A DNA stretch of 64,000 bases from Planctomycetota bacterium. GTDB taxonomy: Bacteria > Planctomycetota > UBA11346. The notes below the pieces were generated by a model. The model did no database searches and was not told where the DNA came from. It saw nothing but the letters and a program-made list of their open reading frames with translations. The DNA lies in contig JBBRLJ010000017.1 of NCBI GenBank assembly GCA_038231435.1, positions 1-64,000 on the forward strand, read 5' to 3'. Of this stretch, positions 48,355 to 59,683 are shown one piece after another; the stretch's first letter is position 1; each line of letters starts with the position of its first letter. A program made the position numbers and the translations under genes.

Positions 48355-50829
48355 TCAGGACACCGCTCGTTCGAGACCGGAACTGGGTCCGCTGCTGGAC
48401 CTGGATCCCCGCCTTACCGAGTCTCCGGCCCGCCGTGGTGACGCGGATGGGGCCGTGGGGATCGTGAAGGTGAAGGTCGCTCCAGCGCCGGAGGTCGATT
48501 CCACCCAGATGCGTCCGCCGTGGCGGTCGACGATCTTGCGGCAGATGGCGAGCCCGATGCCCGTGCCGGGATACTCCTCGCGCGTGTGCAGGCGCTGGAA
48601 CACCTCGAAGATCCGCTGCGATTGCGCCGGATCGATGCCGATGCCGTTGTCGCGCACCGAGAACTGCCAGGCGTCTCCCACCCGGGCGGCGCCGACCTCG
48701 ACACGCGGCGTGACGCCGCCCCGGAACTTGAGCGCATTGCTGATCAGGTTCTGGAACAGCTGCATGAGCTGCATGCGGTCGAAGGCCACCCGCGGCAATG
48801 TCCCGCGGACGATGGCGGCTCCGGACTCGTCGATGCTGCGCTTGAGGTTCGCCAGCGCCTCGTCGAGCACGGAATCGGCATCGATCTCCTCGATCGAGTG
48901 GCCGGTGTCGCGTCCGGCTCGCGAGAACATCAGCAGATCCTTGATCAGCTCCTGCATGCGCTTGGCTCCACCGTAGACCTGCGCCATGTATTCCGCGGCC
49001 GTGCCCTCGAAGCGATCTGGGTAGCGGCGGCGCAGCAGGTCGACGTAGTTGGTGATCATGCGCAGGGGTTCCTGCAGATCGTGCGATGCCACGTAGGCGA
49101 ACTGCTCGAGCTCGGAATTCGAGCGGCTCAGCTCCGCCGCGTGCTCGGACAGCGCTGCCGAAGCCCGTTCCACCTCGGCGCGGGCGCGCTTCTCGGCTTC
49201 GACCAGGTCGCTGGTCTCGCGGAACAGGCGGGCGTGATCTATGGCCGAGCCCGATCGCCGAGCGACGTCCTCGGCGACCGACAGATCGGCCTGGTCGTAG
49301 CGCCGTGCGGTGGTGGACGGCCCGGCGGTGAGGAAGCTGAGCGCACCGAGCACGCGCCCGCGCGACAGCAGCGGAACCACGATCAGCGACCTCAGCCCCA
49401 GGCCGCGCAGGGTGGCAAGGTGGGCCTCGTCCCGAGCCGCGCTCACCAGCCTGGCGTCGGGAATCTCGCTCAAGAGCAGCGGCTCGCCAGAGGCGATGAC
49501 CGAGGCGGGCGGTTCGTCCGGCTTCTGTGGGAAGTGACGTTCGAGCTTGCGGGCAAGTTCGAGGCCGGCGGGGCCGATGGTGGCCACCGCAAGCCGCTCG
49601 AGCGATCCGTCCGGCCGGACCACGTCGACGGCGGACCAGTCGGCGAAGCCCGGGACGGCCAGCGACGCGACGTTGGCGAGGGTGCGTTCGTACTCCAGCG
49701 ACGTGCCGAGCACCGAGCTCGCGTCGGCGACGAAGCGCAGGCGCTCCTCGCCGCGCTTGAGTGCGTGCTCCGAGACGCGCAAGCCGGCGGCCGCATCCTC
49801 GGCGCGCTCGCGCGCCCTCGCCAGAAACCAGGAAGCGAGGAACAGCAAGGCGCTGGACATGATCCCGCCGAGCAGGACCAACGCCACCAGGCCACGGCTG
49901 GCCAGCATCTCTGGACGCGATTGGAAGTGGATGGCCCAGCGATGGCCGCAGATCTCGAATGCCTGGATCGACTCGTATGCCGGCGCAGCGGATGGTGCGT
50001 GATCGGTCGTGGCGGCGGATGATATGGAGGAGTCGTACATCAGCGCAGGCGCCGAGACGCGTTCGCCATCATAGATCTGGAAGTCGATCGGCGTGTCCAG
50101 GCCCTTGAGGATATTTGAGATGAGATCGCTGCTGCGGAACGGGGCGGTGACGAAACCGACGAGAGCTTTGCGGCGGTCATCGATGGTAGTCGGGATGTCG
50201 CCGCCGCGATACAGCGGCAGGAAGATGATGAATCCCGTCTGCTTGCCGGGGGTGGCATCCTGGATCAGGACGACCTTACCCGACGCCACGGGGGTGGCCC
50301 GGTCGCGAGCCGATTCCAGGGCGTCGCGCCGCACCGGCTCCGACGACAGGTCGAAGCCGATAGCGCGCGCATTGCCCCGATCCGTGGGTTCGACGTACGC
50401 CACGGGGAACCGTTCGTGCGATGCGCCTTCGGGGAAGATCACGAACGACGGCGACTCGCGGCGCAGACGTTCGACGAAGGACTGCTCATTCGCCGGCCCA
50501 AGCGCTGGCACGTAGCAGATCGCCTGCATGCCGGGATAACGCTGGCGCAGATCGAGCCGAGCTACGAAGGCCGCGAACTGCGCGCGCGTGGTAAGCGGAT
50601 CCGCTGAGAACAACCCGGCCGTCCCGCGCAGCAGCGCGACATAGGTGTCCACCTGGTGATCGAGGGTCGACTCGATCTGATCGACGGATTTGCGGAAGCG
50701 GATCGCATCGCGGGCGTGCAGTTCGCGCAGGGCGATGCTCGCGCCGAATGCGGTCAGCCCCAGCGATACCAGCAGGATCAGCAACGGGATCTGCTTCCAC
50801 CGGAGCGGATTGAGGCGTCGGCGTGGCAT
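48355..50829 (-). CDS. Membrane sensor histidine kinase, CHASE-GAF-HisKA-HATPase
   Basis: Two TMs flank a CHASE domain (AIGFDLSSEPVRRDALESARD); GAF; LEQFAYVASHDLQEPLR; GTGIGLAIC. Confidence 0.93.
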   Translation of the reverse strand: MPRRRLNPLRWKQIPLLILLVSLGLTAFGASIALRELHARDAIRFRKSVDQIESTLDHQVDTYVALLRGTAGLFSADPLTTRAQFAAFVARLDLRQRYPGMQAICYVPALGPANEQSFVERLRRESPSFVIFPEGASHERFPVAYVEPTDRGNARAIGFDLSSEPVRRDALESARDRATPVASGKVVLIQDATPGKQTGFIIFLPLYRGGDIPTTIDDRRKALVGFVTAPFRSSDLISNILKGLDTPIDFQIYDGERVSAPALMYDSSISSAATTDHAPSAAPAYESIQAFEICGHRWAIHFQSRPEMLASRGLVALVLLGGIMSSALLFLASWFLARARERAEDAAAGLRVSEHALKRGEERLRFVADASSVLGTSLEYERTLANVASLAVPGFADWSAVDVVRPDGSLERLAVATIGPAGLELARKLERHFPQKPDEPPASVIASGEPLLLSEIPDARLVSAARDEAHLATLRGLGLRSLIVVPLLSRGRVLGALSFLTAGPSTTARRYDQADLSVAEDVARRSGSAIDHARLFRETSDLVEAEKRARAEVERASAALSEHAAELSRSNSELEQFAYVASHDLQEPLRMITNYVDLLRRRYPDRFEGTAAEYMAQVYGGAKRMQELIKDLLMFSRAGRDTGHSIEEIDADSVLDEALANLKRSIDESGAAIVRGTLPRVAFDRMQLMQLFQNLISNALKFRGGVTPRVEVGAARVGDAWQFSVRDNGIGIDPAQSQRIFEVFQRLHTREEYPGTGIGLAICRKIVDRHGGRIWVESTSGAGATFTFTIPTAPSASPRRAGDSVRRGSRSSSGPSSGLERAVS

Positions 50830-50951
50830 CGACCCGCAACTCTCGTCGGGGAGGGGGCTTGCCCTAGCATGAAGCGTTCAGGGTTACTCGCAGAGCTCCC
50901 ACCTGGCAGCGCCATCCGCGAGGGGATGACGCATGGAGGCGCTGATGCTGG

Positions 50952-51509
50952 CTACTTGCCCTCGGCCGGCGGCTTGGACACCACCACCTGCGCTGTGCGC
51001 ACCAGCTGGTCCTTGAGCCGGAAGCCCTTGCGATGCACCTGGGTGATGTGGCCGCGGGGCAGATCCGCGCGCTCCTCCTCGGCGATCGCCTCGTGCAGCG
51101 CCGGGTCGAAGGCGCCCTCGGCGGGAATCGGCTCGATGCCGGCGTTGGCCAGGGCGGCGAGGAGGTTCTCGCGGATCATGCTCACGCCCTGCGCGAACTC
51201 GCTGAAGGACTCCGGCTTCGCGGCCGTCAAGGCGCGCTCCAGATTGTCGAGCTGATCGAGGATCGGCTTCACGAATCGTACCACCGCGCGCGTTCCAGCC
51301 TCGTCGGCCTCCTTGCGCAGGCGTTTGCGGACATTGTCGAATTCGGCCTGCCCACGGACGCAGCGCTCCTTCCATTCCCCGACCTCGCGGCGCAGGGCCT
51401 CGAATTCGTTGGCCGGCACGGTGACGGTCTCGCCCTCGGCGCGCGGGCCATCGGCTTCGGCGCCGGCGGAATCGTCCTCGCTGGCATCGTCGATCTGGTC
51501 GGTGGTCAT
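50952..51509 (-). CDS. grpE: Nucleotide exchange factor GrpE
   Basis: AEFDNVRKR, DNLERAL, FDPALHEA, KGFRLKDQLVRTAQV. Confidence 0.96.
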   Translation of the reverse strand: MTTDQIDDASEDDSAGAEADGPRAEGETVTVPANEFEALRREVGEWKERCVRGQAEFDNVRKRLRKEADEAGTRAVVRFVKPILDQLDNLERALTAAKPESFSEFAQGVSMIRENLLAALANAGIEPIPAEGAFDPALHEAIAEEERADLPRGHITQVHRKGFRLKDQLVRTAQVVVSKPPAEGK

Positions 51510-51577
51510 GTGCGGCTCTCGTTCTCGTTCGGCGTACTGCGGTCCGCGGTCGGTGCGGAGGGCGGATGAAGGCGGGC

Positions 51578-52705
51578 CTATTTTTCGCTGAACATGCTCT
51601 TGATGCGCTCGAAGAAATTACGCTGTTCCCCGCTCGCTTCCTCGATCTCCCCGAGCTCCTTCAACAGCTCCTGCTGGCGGCCGTTGGTGCGCTTCGGTAC
51701 CTTGACCTCGACCACCACCAGCTGATCGCCGCGATGCGAGCCGCGGCCGGTGGGGATGCCCTGGCCGCGCATGCGCAGCACCTCGTTCGGCTGGGTCCCG
51801 GCGGCGATCTTGAGTTTCGCCGAGCCGTCGAGCGTGGGCACGTCGATCTCGGCGCCGAGCGCCGCCTGCGCGTAGCTGATCGGCACCTTGCACACCACGT
51901 CGTTCTCGTGGCGCTCGAAGAAGGCGTCGGCCTTGACGGTGACGTAAACGTAGAGATCGCCGCGGGCGCCGCTCTGGCGACCGGGCTCGCCTTCGCCCGC
52001 GACGCGCAGCCGCGAGCCGTCCTCGATGCCGGCGGGGATACGCACCTTGATGGTGACCTTCTTGGGCACGCCGCCGGCGCCGCGGCAAGTCGGGCACGGA
52101 TCGGCGATGGTCTTACCGGCGCCATGGCACTGCGGACAGGTGGTCTGCACCACGAAGAAACCCTGCCCCTGGCGGACGATGCCGGCGCCGCCGCAGAGGC
52201 GGCACGATACCGGCTTGGTTCCTGCCTTGGCGCCGCTGCCGGCGCAGGTCTCGCAATGCTCGTTGCGTTTCAGGTCGATGGTCTTGGTCGAGCCGAAAAC
52301 AGCCTCGCGGAAACCGATCTCGAGCCCGAGCTTGAGGCTCGCGCCCTGGTTGCGATCGCCGCGACCGCCCCCGTTGCCGCCGAAGAACTGGTCGAAGATC
52401 GAGCCGCCGCCGAAGACGTCGCCGAAGGCGGCGAAGATGTCCTCCATGGAATTGAAGCCCTGGCCGGCATGCCCCATGCCCTCGACGCCGGCATGGCCGT
52501 ACTGGTCGTAGCGGCCGCGCTTCTGCTCGTCGGAGAGGACCTCGTAGGCCTCGGCGGCTTCCTTGAACTTGGTCTCGGCGTCTTTGTTACCGGGATTGCG
52601 GTCCGGGTGGTGCTTCATCGCCAGCTTGCGATAGGCCTTCTTGATATCGTCCTCGCTGGCCCCTTTGGCCAATCCGAGCACTTCGTAATAGTCGCGTTTG
52701 GCCAT
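51578..52705 (-). CDS. dnaJ: Chaperone DnaJ
   Basis: J-domain HPD, G/F-rich region, four CxxCxGxG repeats. Confidence 0.98.
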   Translation of the reverse strand: MAKRDYYEVLGLAKGASEDDIKKAYRKLAMKHHPDRNPGNKDAETKFKEAAEAYEVLSDEQKRGRYDQYGHAGVEGMGHAGQGFNSMEDIFAAFGDVFGGGSIFDQFFGGNGGGRGDRNQGASLKLGLEIGFREAVFGSTKTIDLKRNEHCETCAGSGAKAGTKPVSCRLCGGAGIVRQGQGFFVVQTTCPQCHGAGKTIADPCPTCRGAGGVPKKVTIKVRIPAGIEDGSRLRVAGEGEPGRQSGARGDLYVYVTVKADAFFERHENDVVCKVPISYAQAALGAEIDVPTLDGSAKLKIAAGTQPNEVLRMRGQGIPTGRGSHRGDQLVVVEVKVPKRTNGRQQELLKELGEIEEASGEQRNFFERIKSMFSEK

Positions 52706-52790
52706 CGCAGAACCCATCGTAGTCAGAAAGACCCGGAATCAGCGGGAAAGCACATACCGGGCCATGCCAGAGCACAAACTAGAGACATAG

Positions 52791-53381
52791 CTACCGCTCG
52801 AGGATCTCCGCTGGAGCCGTTGCAGGGGGGGCCTCGGACCGGGGCGCGATGGCCTGACCGGTGGCGTGGGAGGGATCGGTCCTGGTCTCGTCCAAGGGAT
52901 TGTAGACATCCTGGGCCAAGAGCGCCGTCGACAGCGCCGTGAGCTGGGCGGAGGCTTTGCGGTAGCGCTCGCCGAGCTTCGCGCGCTGGTCGACGGGCAC
53001 GCCCAGGAGCTTCTTGCCGGCGTCCAGGTAGCGCTCGCCCGCCTTCATCGCATCGCCCTGGTCGAGCAGGGTCTTGGTTTCGAGCAGTAGGAGTTCGGCG
53101 TCGGCCAGGGCGGTGAGCGCATCGGCGGAGGCGGGAACCTTGTTGGCCTCTTCGTGATCGAGGTATTCCTGGGCGGCTTTCTCGGCCCGGCGCGCGGTGG
53201 CGGCGTCCAAGGGCATGGTCGGAGGGGCTCCGGCGGGGGCCACGGGTTGCGTACTCCTGGGCGCGGCCGGCGTCACCGACGGGCCACCCGAGGGCGCCGC
53301 GCCCTCGGCAGCTGACAGGGACGCTTCGGGGACCGATGCCGCCATGAGGGCGATGAGGGCGATGGCGGCGATCAGGCGCAT
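52791..53381 (-). CDS. Exported hypothetical protein (helical)
   Basis: Signal-peptide-like MRLIAAIALIALMAA; biased codon usage; lies between hisF and dnaJ. Confidence 0.65.
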   Translation of the reverse strand: MRLIAAIALIALMAASVPEASLSAAEGAAPSGGPSVTPAAPRSTQPVAPAGAPPTMPLDAATARRAEKAAQEYLDHEEANKVPASADALTALADAELLLLETKTLLDQGDAMKAGERYLDAGKKLLGVPVDQRAKLGERYRKASAQLTALSTALLAQDVYNPLDETRTDPSHATGQAIAPRSEAPPATAPAEILER

Positions 53382-53443
53382 GCCCACATCAAAGCCATCC
53401 CCTGGCCCAAGCAAGCCGGCTCCAGCTGACGGCCGCTCCACCG

Positions 53444-54214
53444 CTAACGTACCGCCACGCCTGCCGCGCGCATCTCGGCCTTGATCGCGCCGATCGTGTA
53501 GTCGCCATAGTGCACCATGCTCGCCACCAGCGCCGCGTCGGCGCCGCCGGTCGAGACCGCGTCGACGAGATGCCGCGGCAGCCCGCCTCCGCCCGAGGCG
53601 ATCACCGGGATGCGCACCGCGTCGGCCACCAGCCGGGTGAGCGTCAGCTCGTAGCCCTGGCGCACGCCGTCGGTGTCGATCGCGTTCAGGCAGATCTCGC
53701 CGGCGCCCAGGGACTCGGCCTCGCGCGCCCAGGCGATCGCGTCGCGGCCGGTGGGCGTGCGGCCGCCGTCGATCACCACCTCGTAGCCGCTGGGGACGGC
53801 CGAAGATGGCGCGACCTTCTTCGCGTCCATGCCCAGCACCACGCACTGCGCGCCGAAGGCGCGCGCGCCCGCGGTAATGAGCGCAGGATCGCGCACCGCC
53901 GGCGAATTGACGCTGACCTTCTCGGCTCCGGCGAGCAGCACCTCGCGCATCGCCTCGACCGAGCGGATGCCGCCGCCGACCGCGAAGGGGATGAAGATCG
54001 CCTCGGCCACGCGGCGCACCACGTCGATGAACACCCCGCGCTTCTCGGCTGAGGCGGTGATGTCGTAGAACACCAACTCGTCCGCGCCCTGTTCGTAGTA
54101 CCGCCGCGCGTAGTCGACCGGATCGCCGAGATCCTGGTTGCCTGTGAACTTCACGCCCTTGGTCACCTGCCCATTGCGGACATCGAGGCAGACGATGACG
54201 CGCTTGGTGAGCAT
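53444..54214 (-). CDS. hisF: Imidazole glycerol phosphate synthase cyclase subunit
   Basis: [45 protein letters not shown]. Confidence 0.97.
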   Translation of the reverse strand: MLTKRVIVCLDVRNGQVTKGVKFTGNQDLGDPVDYARRYYEQGADELVFYDITASAEKRGVFIDVVRRVAEAIFIPFAVGGGIRSVEAMREVLLAGAEKVSVNSPAVRDPALITAGARAFGAQCVVLGMDAKKVAPSSAVPSGYEVVIDGGRTPTGRDAIAWAREAESLGAGEICLNAIDTDGVRQGYELTLTRLVADAVRIPVIASGGGGLPRHLVDAVSTGGADAALVASMVHYGDYTIGAIKAEMRAAGVAVR

Positions 54215-54260
54215 GGAGACGACAGCTTGGCTCGGGCGCAGGGGGAGCAAGAAGCGGGGA

Positions 54261-54316
54261 GAATGGGGAAGGGGGAAGAGCGATGCTCGAAGGAAGAAGC
54301 TCGAAGCTGGAAGAGG
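54261..54316. repeat. Degenerate heptamer repeat (GAAGnnn-like, 8 units)
   Basis: GAATGGG GAAGGGG GAAGAGC GATGCTC GAAGGAA GAAGCTC GAAGCTG GAAGAGG; complementary CTTC-type units near 54394-54414. Confidence 0.7.
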
Positions 54317-54445
54317 AAGAGGGGGCGAAGGTCGCGCGCTACACCACGGCGGATGCCGATGATCGGGATCACCGCTCCACGTCGATCGTCCCCCTTCGCC
54401 ATTCTCCCTTCTCCATGCCAGGCGTACTCCGACACTGCGACACCC

Positions 54446-54832
54446 ATGGGCACCAAGAGCCACTCCCGCGCCCCGAAGGCCTTCCGCCATCGCACCCTGG
54501 TCGCCGCCGAGGCGGTGCTGCTGGTGGGCGTCGCCCAGCAGCTCTTGTCGCAGCAGGTCGCCAACGCGGCGGTCCCCAATGTCGCGAAGATCCTCTTCAC
54601 CATGATCGGTGTGCTCGGCGTGCTCGGCGGCATGGTGCTGCTCGCGCGCGCGTTCGCGATCAAAGGTGTCGCGCAGACCCACAACGTGATCAAGGCGCTG
54701 CCGATTCCCGCCGCCACCTGGCTGCTGCACCTCGCCGCCTTCGCCGGGCTGTTCCTGCTCTACGCCATCGTCTGGCAGCTGCCCGTCCAGGTACCGATCC
54801 TCGGCACCGTCGGCACCGCACCCTCGCACTGA
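54446..54832 (+). CDS. Small membrane hypothetical protein (about 3 TM)
   Basis: Three hydrophobic segments; GC3-biased frame. Confidence 0.65.
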   Translation: MGTKSHSRAPKAFRHRTLVAAEAVLLVGVAQQLLSQQVANAAVPNVAKILFTMIGVLGVLGGMVLLARAFAIKGVAQTHNVIKALPIPAATWLLHLAAFAGLFLLYAIVWQLPVQVPILGTVGTAPSH

Positions 54833-54868
54833 GGGCAGTCCGCTGATTCCTCGGCTGGGGATCCGGCG

Positions 54869-56323
54869 TCAGCGGCGGAGACGTACGAGGAAGCTGCGGT
54901 TGTCGCGCAGCACCTGCAAGGTGACTTCCTTACGCTTGGCGAGCGCCGCAGCATCGTCGAGCGTGCGCAGTTCGCGCAGCGTCCGCTCGTGCAGCAGGCG
55001 GTCACCGACCGCGAATTCCGCGACGCCCGCCGGACTGTCCGGCTCCACTCCGGTGACCACCAGGCCGGGGCCGTCGTCGGTGCCGACGCGCAGGCCGAAA
55101 CCCTTGAGCTCGACATCCTGCTCCTGCGAGCGTTGCTTGAGGATCTCATCGCGATCGACGGGCAGGATCTTCTCCTCGACTTCCTTGCCGGCGCGCCAGA
55201 TGCGCAGCGCCATCGGCTCGCCGATGCGGCAGCTGGCGACGCGCGCGCGGAAGTTCATCAGGCTCTGGATGCGCATGGTGTTCACCGCCAGGACGATGTC
55301 GTTCTTCTGCAGGCCGCCTTCGGACGCGGGGGACTTCGGCAGCACGCGGGTGATGCGCACCGTCTGCACCGCCGGCAGGCCGAGCTGCTGCGCCTGCTCG
55401 GCGGTGAGCAGATCCATGTCCACGCCGATGCCGGGCCAGCGCACGTGGCCGTTCGCGACGATGTCCTCGGCGACGTGGCGGGCGAGATTCGACGGGATGG
55501 CGAAGCCGATGCCGATGTTGACGTGGGTGCTGCTGAGGATGTTGGCGTTCACACCGATGATCTTGCCCTCGATCGAGACCAGCGGTCCGCCGCTGTTGCC
55601 GGGATTGATCGCGGCGTCGGTCTGGATGAAGGACTCGAGCCCGCGCATCGCCTCGTAGATGCCGGTCGAACGGTCGGTGGCCGAGACGATACCCGAGGTG
55701 GCGCTGTAGCCGACGCCCAGAGGATACCCGAGCGCGAGCACCCAATCGCCGACGTGCACCGCGTCCGAATTGCCCCAATCGATGGTGGGGAGATGCGGCA
55801 CGGGGATCTTGATCACCGCGAGATCCGTGCTCAGGTCGAAGCCAACGTATTCGGCCTCGACCTGGCGGTTGTCGTTCAGCTGCACCACCAGGCGGTCGTA
55901 ACCCACCGGCTGGTTGTTGCGCCCGCGCACGAACTCCTGCTCGTGGTTGGTCTGCAGCACGACGTGCGAATTGGTGAGGATGAAGCTGAACTTGTCGTCG
56001 GTGTGGAAGACGAAGCCCGAACCCTCGCCGACCTCGACCTCGCGGCTGGTGGTGTCGCCGGACCAGGAATAGGCGGCGGACATCTCTTCGCGCGTCTTGA
56101 TCGCGACCACGCTCGGCGCGACCACCTCATCGACCAGGTTGAAGGCCCGCGACAGCACCGCGATCTCCTTGCCCAGCGCCGCGAGCTCGTCCTTGGCCTT
56201 CGCCCGGGCGGATTCATCCAGCGCGTGCGCGTGCGGCGCGGCGAGCGCGCACGCCGCGATCAGCGCGACCCGAGCTGGCCACCACGTCGGCGATCGAGCG
56301 AGGATTCTGGAAGCGATTGGCAT
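54869..56323 (-). CDS. HtrA/DegP-family trypsin-like serine protease with PDZ domains
   Basis: LTNSHVV (His), TDLAVIK (Asp), INPGNSGGPL (Ser); two PDZ-like domains; signal peptide. Confidence 0.95.
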   Translation of the reverse strand: MPIASRILARSPTWWPARVALIAACALAAPHAHALDESARAKAKDELAALGKEIAVLSRAFNLVDEVVAPSVVAIKTREEMSAAYSWSGDTTSREVEVGEGSGFVFHTDDKFSFILTNSHVVLQTNHEQEFVRGRNNQPVGYDRLVVQLNDNRQVEAEYVGFDLSTDLAVIKIPVPHLPTIDWGNSDAVHVGDWVLALGYPLGVGYSATSGIVSATDRSTGIYEAMRGLESFIQTDAAINPGNSGGPLVSIEGKIIGVNANILSSTHVNIGIGFAIPSNLARHVAEDIVANGHVRWPGIGVDMDLLTAEQAQQLGLPAVQTVRITRVLPKSPASEGGLQKNDIVLAVNTMRIQSLMNFRARVASCRIGEPMALRIWRAGKEVEEKILPVDRDEILKQRSQEQDVELKGFGLRVGTDDGPGLVVTGVEPDSPAGVAEFAVGDRLLHERTLRELRTLDDAAALAKRKEVTLQVLRDNRSFLVRLRR

Positions 56324-56488
56324 GGGATTCTCCACGTGTGACCACTACCCTGGACGGTCCGGGGCGATGGATCCTACATGGGAACAGCACAGGGGAATCG
56401 CGGCCGGGCGGAGGGCGTTGGATCCGGTGGGCCGGACGGACGGGGTTCTTTACGGCGGAGAGCTACCGCGGGAAGCTACCGCGGACCG

Positions 56489-57073
56489 CTATTGCGGAGG
56501 GCACCAGAAGGTCTGGTCATCGCGGTAGGCGCCGACCGGCTGGGCCGGGATGGTCTCGGTGCCCGAGCCGCGGAACGGGAAGGGCCCGCGTTCGCCGTCA
56601 CCGACTGGGATCAGGCCGATCGGCTCGCGCGCGCCGCGCTCGATCGGATCGCCAGGGACGCCGACCGGATAGTCCTTCTGTGGGGGATAAGCGGCGCCCG
56701 GGAAAGGGCCCTTGTCCAGGGCGCCGACCGCCACCACGTCTGCGGTTTCCGGATGCAGCCCCGGATCCTGGATGCCGAGCATCGTCTGGCCTTTGAACTT
56801 CTGCCCGGGCGTCTTGCAGTCCACGCGTTGGCGATGCAGCGTGTCGATCGCGGGCGGATTCGCCGGCAGCTCGTAGACTTCCTTGTCGCCCGACCAGGTC
56901 ATGCGCTCGTGCAGCGAGAAGGAGTCGTCCGCGGACACGGGGATGTAGCGCGTCTGGTAATACATGTCGCCGCAGCCGGTGACCGCGAGGAGCATCGCGG
57001 ACAGCACGACCACCAGCAGTGGACCTCGCCGCGGCGGGACCAGCAACCGGAGCGCCGACAGGGGCTTGCGCAT
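56489..57073 (-). CDS. Putative lipoprotein, unknown function
   Basis: Basic N-region, hydrophobic stretch and lipobox-like AVTG-C; Pro/Gly-rich C-terminal half. Confidence 0.6.
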   Translation of the reverse strand: MRKPLSALRLLVPPRRGPLLVVVLSAMLLAVTGCGDMYYQTRYIPVSADDSFSLHERMTWSGDKEVYELPANPPAIDTLHRQRVDCKTPGQKFKGQTMLGIQDPGLHPETADVVAVGALDKGPFPGAAYPPQKDYPVGVPGDPIERGAREPIGLIPVGDGERGPFPFRGSGTETIPAQPVGAYRDDQTFWCPPQ

Positions 57074-57364
57074 GCGGGCATGACAGCCGTGGCAGGGCCC
57101 GGCTCAACCGGAAATCTGGCGTCGCGAGGGGGGTGAGTGGTGTACCAGGCGATCGCAGGTCCATCCACGGAGCCCATCCACGGAACCCATCCCCCTTCCC
57201 GGGCCGCGGTCGCCGGGCCGGGTGATGGCCGAGCGGTGGGCCGGCGTCCCCGCTTTGGGCGGACCTCGGAGCCTCGTCCCGCCATCGCGGCGATTGCGTC
57301 AGCAGGCAATGCCGTTCCGGGCCTGCCCCCTAGCCGCGGCGCATGCCTGACTAGAGTCTCGGCC

Positions 57365-58300
57365 ATGCCCGACGACGCGGTGTTGCGCACGGTGCACCTC
57401 ACCAAGGTGTACGCCGATTTCTGGGGCCGTCCGCGGGTGACGGCGCTCGACGACCTGTCGCTCGAGGTACGGCCCGGCGAGGTCTTCGGCCTGCTCGGTC
57501 CCAACGGTTCGGGCAAGACCACCACCATCAAGCTGCTGCTCGGCCTGATTCGTCCAAGCAAAGGCGACGCATTCGTCTTCGGTCGCGATCCGGGCGACCG
57601 CGCGGTCAAGGAGCGGGTCGGCTACCTGCCCGAGGAGACCTATCTCTACAAGTTCCTCGACGCCGAGGAGACGCTGCGCTTCTTCGGCCGCCTGTTCTCG
57701 CTGCCGAGCGCGGTGATCGCCAAGCGCTCCGCCGAGCTCATCGAGCTGGTCGGCCTGTCCGGCGCCCGAAAACGGCGGCTCGGCGAATATTCGAAGGGCA
57801 TGGCGCGGCGGCTCGGGTTGGCCCAGGCATTGATCAACGATCCCAGCTTGGTGGTGCTCGACGAGCCGACCTCCGGCCTCGACCCGATCGGCTCGGCCGA
57901 GGTCAAGGACCTGATCGTACGCCTGAAGAGTCAGGGCAAGACCGTGCTGCTGTGCAGCCATCTGCTGGCCGACGTCGAGGACGTCTGCGACCGCATCGCC
58001 ATCCTGCACCAGGGCGTGCTGCGCGAGTGCGGCCCGGTCGGCGAGCTGCTGCGTGCGGACCACCGCGTCACCGTCGAGCTCGATCGCCCGTCGCCGGAGC
58101 GCCTCGAGGCGGTGAAGAACGCGGCGGGCGACTCGCTGATCGGCGTCGCCCCGCCGCGCGAACGCCTCGAGGCGCATTTCCGCCGCATCATCGCCGGATC
58201 TCGCGCGGGCGCCGGTCAGGCGGCGGGTCAGACGGAGAAGCCCTCTGCGCCCTCCGCGCCATCGCAACCAGCGGCCGATGAGCGGAGCGCATCGCCGTGA
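57365..58300 (+). CDS. ABC-2 type transporter ATP-binding protein
   Basis: Walker A GPNGSGKT, YSKGM signature, LDEPTSGLD, SH switch. Confidence 0.95.
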   Translation: MPDDAVLRTVHLTKVYADFWGRPRVTALDDLSLEVRPGEVFGLLGPNGSGKTTTIKLLLGLIRPSKGDAFVFGRDPGDRAVKERVGYLPEETYLYKFLDAEETLRFFGRLFSLPSAVIAKRSAELIELVGLSGARKRRLGEYSKGMARRLGLAQALINDPSLVVLDEPTSGLDPIGSAEVKDLIVRLKSQGKTVLLCSHLLADVEDVCDRIAILHQGVLRECGPVGELLRADHRVTVELDRPSPERLEAVKNAAGDSLIGVAPPRERLEAHFRRIIAGSRAGAGQAAGQTEKPSAPSAPSQPAADERSASP

Positions 58301-59619
58301 ACGCCCTCATTGGCGGCCTGCGCGCCGCGGCCGCCCTCGCCGGCGTGACCGTGCGCGAGGCCGCGCGCCAGCACCTGTGGATCGTCTTCGCCGGGGTCGC
58401 CCTGGTGCTCTGCGTCGCCCTGGGAAACCTCTCGGCCGTCGACCCGTCGGCGCGGCTCAAGCTCGCGGTGGTGGTGGTCACCACTGGGCTCGGCTTCGCG
58501 GTGACGCTGCTGGCGATGCTGGTCGGGCCGAGCCAGCTGCGCCGCGATCTCGATGCTCGCGTCGGCATGATGCTGTTCTCGAAACCGCTGACCAGGCTCG
58601 CCTATCTCGGCGGTCGCTGGTTCGGGGTGATCGCCGGACTGGCGATGGGATCGCTGGCGTTGGCGGCCATCGGCTCGGCGCTGATCGCCTGGCGTGTCGC
58701 CGGCCTGCCCGAGATGCACCGCATCGAGCGCGCGAGCTCGTGGCAGGAGATCAGCAGCCTCGGCGAGGTGATCGCGGTCAAGGAGGGCCGCAAGCACGTG
58801 GTGCTCGGCGGCGCGCCGGGAAACGCCGTGCGCTTTCATCTCGAGCGGCTCCCGCACGCGGGACCCGAGGGCCTCGAGGTGCTGGTGCGCGTCGACCTGC
58901 GCAGCTTCGATCCGAACGAGGCAGTCGAGTATGCCGGCGCCGAGATCGTCGCCTCCGCTTCCGCGGCGTTCACCGCGCCGACGGTGCTCGCGCTCGATCC
59001 CGCGAGTCCCTACGGCCATGGCGGTGGAGATATGGTCGGCGACGGAGGCTCCGTGCAGCTGCGCTCGCGCGACGAATCGCACCAGGACCTGTCGCAGGAC
59101 TACTGCCGCCTGCGCCTGCCTGGCGCCTGCATCTCGCCGTCTGGCGATTCGTGGATCCAGGTGGTGCGCCTCGAGGGCCGCGCCGGATTCTCGATCGACC
59201 AGACCGGGACGGTGCTCGCCGCGGTACCCGGCGGCAATTTCCTGGTGAACCTCGTGCGCGGGTCATGCGTGCTGCTCGCCCAGGCCGGGCTGCTCACCGC
59301 GTTCGCCCTGCTCATCGCCTGCGTCAGCAACCTTGGCGTCACCCTGCTCGGCAGCATGACGCTGTTCTTCGCGGGCAACGCCCTCGACTCGCTGCGCGAC
59401 ACCCTGACCTACGATGACCCCAAGGCTCCGGTGCGCCGGATCATGGGACTGGCCCTGCATATCCTGCCCGATTTCGACCGTTTCGGCGTGGCGGCGCAGT
59501 TGGCCGCGGGCCAATCGATCGGCTGGGACATGGTGGCCGCCGCGTGGGTGTACTACGGAGCCTTCGCCGTGCTGTTCCTGATGATCGCATGGTTCACGCT
59601 CGCGCGGAGGGAGCTGTGA
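58297..59619 (+). CDS. ABC-2 type permease with a large extracytoplasmic insert
   Basis: TVREA.R start, 'SKPLTRLAYLGGRWFG', multiple TMs, C-terminal RREL; overlaps the ATPase (GTGA). Confidence 0.85.
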   Translation: MNALIGGLRAAAALAGVTVREAARQHLWIVFAGVALVLCVALGNLSAVDPSARLKLAVVVVTTGLGFAVTLLAMLVGPSQLRRDLDARVGMMLFSKPLTRLAYLGGRWFGVIAGLAMGSLALAAIGSALIAWRVAGLPEMHRIERASSWQEISSLGEVIAVKEGRKHVVLGGAPGNAVRFHLERLPHAGPEGLEVLVRVDLRSFDPNEAVEYAGAEIVASASAAFTAPTVLALDPASPYGHGGGDMVGDGGSVQLRSRDESHQDLSQDYCRLRLPGACISPSGDSWIQVVRLEGRAGFSIDQTGTVLAAVPGGNFLVNLVRGSCVLLAQAGLLTAFALLIACVSNLGVTLLGSMTLFFAGNALDSLRDTLTYDDPKAPVRRIMGLALHILPDFDRFGVAAQLAAGQSIGWDMVAAAWVYYGAFAVLFLMIAWFTLARREL

Positions 59620-59683
59620 ACGTCCGTAGCCCGTCCACTGTCCGCAAGGGCTCTCGAGGACGAAAGTTCCCGAGGCCGACGCG

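Noticed and set aside
50952..52705. dnaJ-grpE without dnaK as an anomaly
   Set aside because: Split chaperone operons are common, and dnaK is probably elsewhere in the genome.
56461..56484. AGCTACCGCGG direct repeat (two copies)
   Set aside because: Only two short copies, with no other support for a function.
59625..59683. GGACGAAA-containing spacer as a hammerhead ribozyme
   Set aside because: There is no CTGANGA core and no supporting stems.
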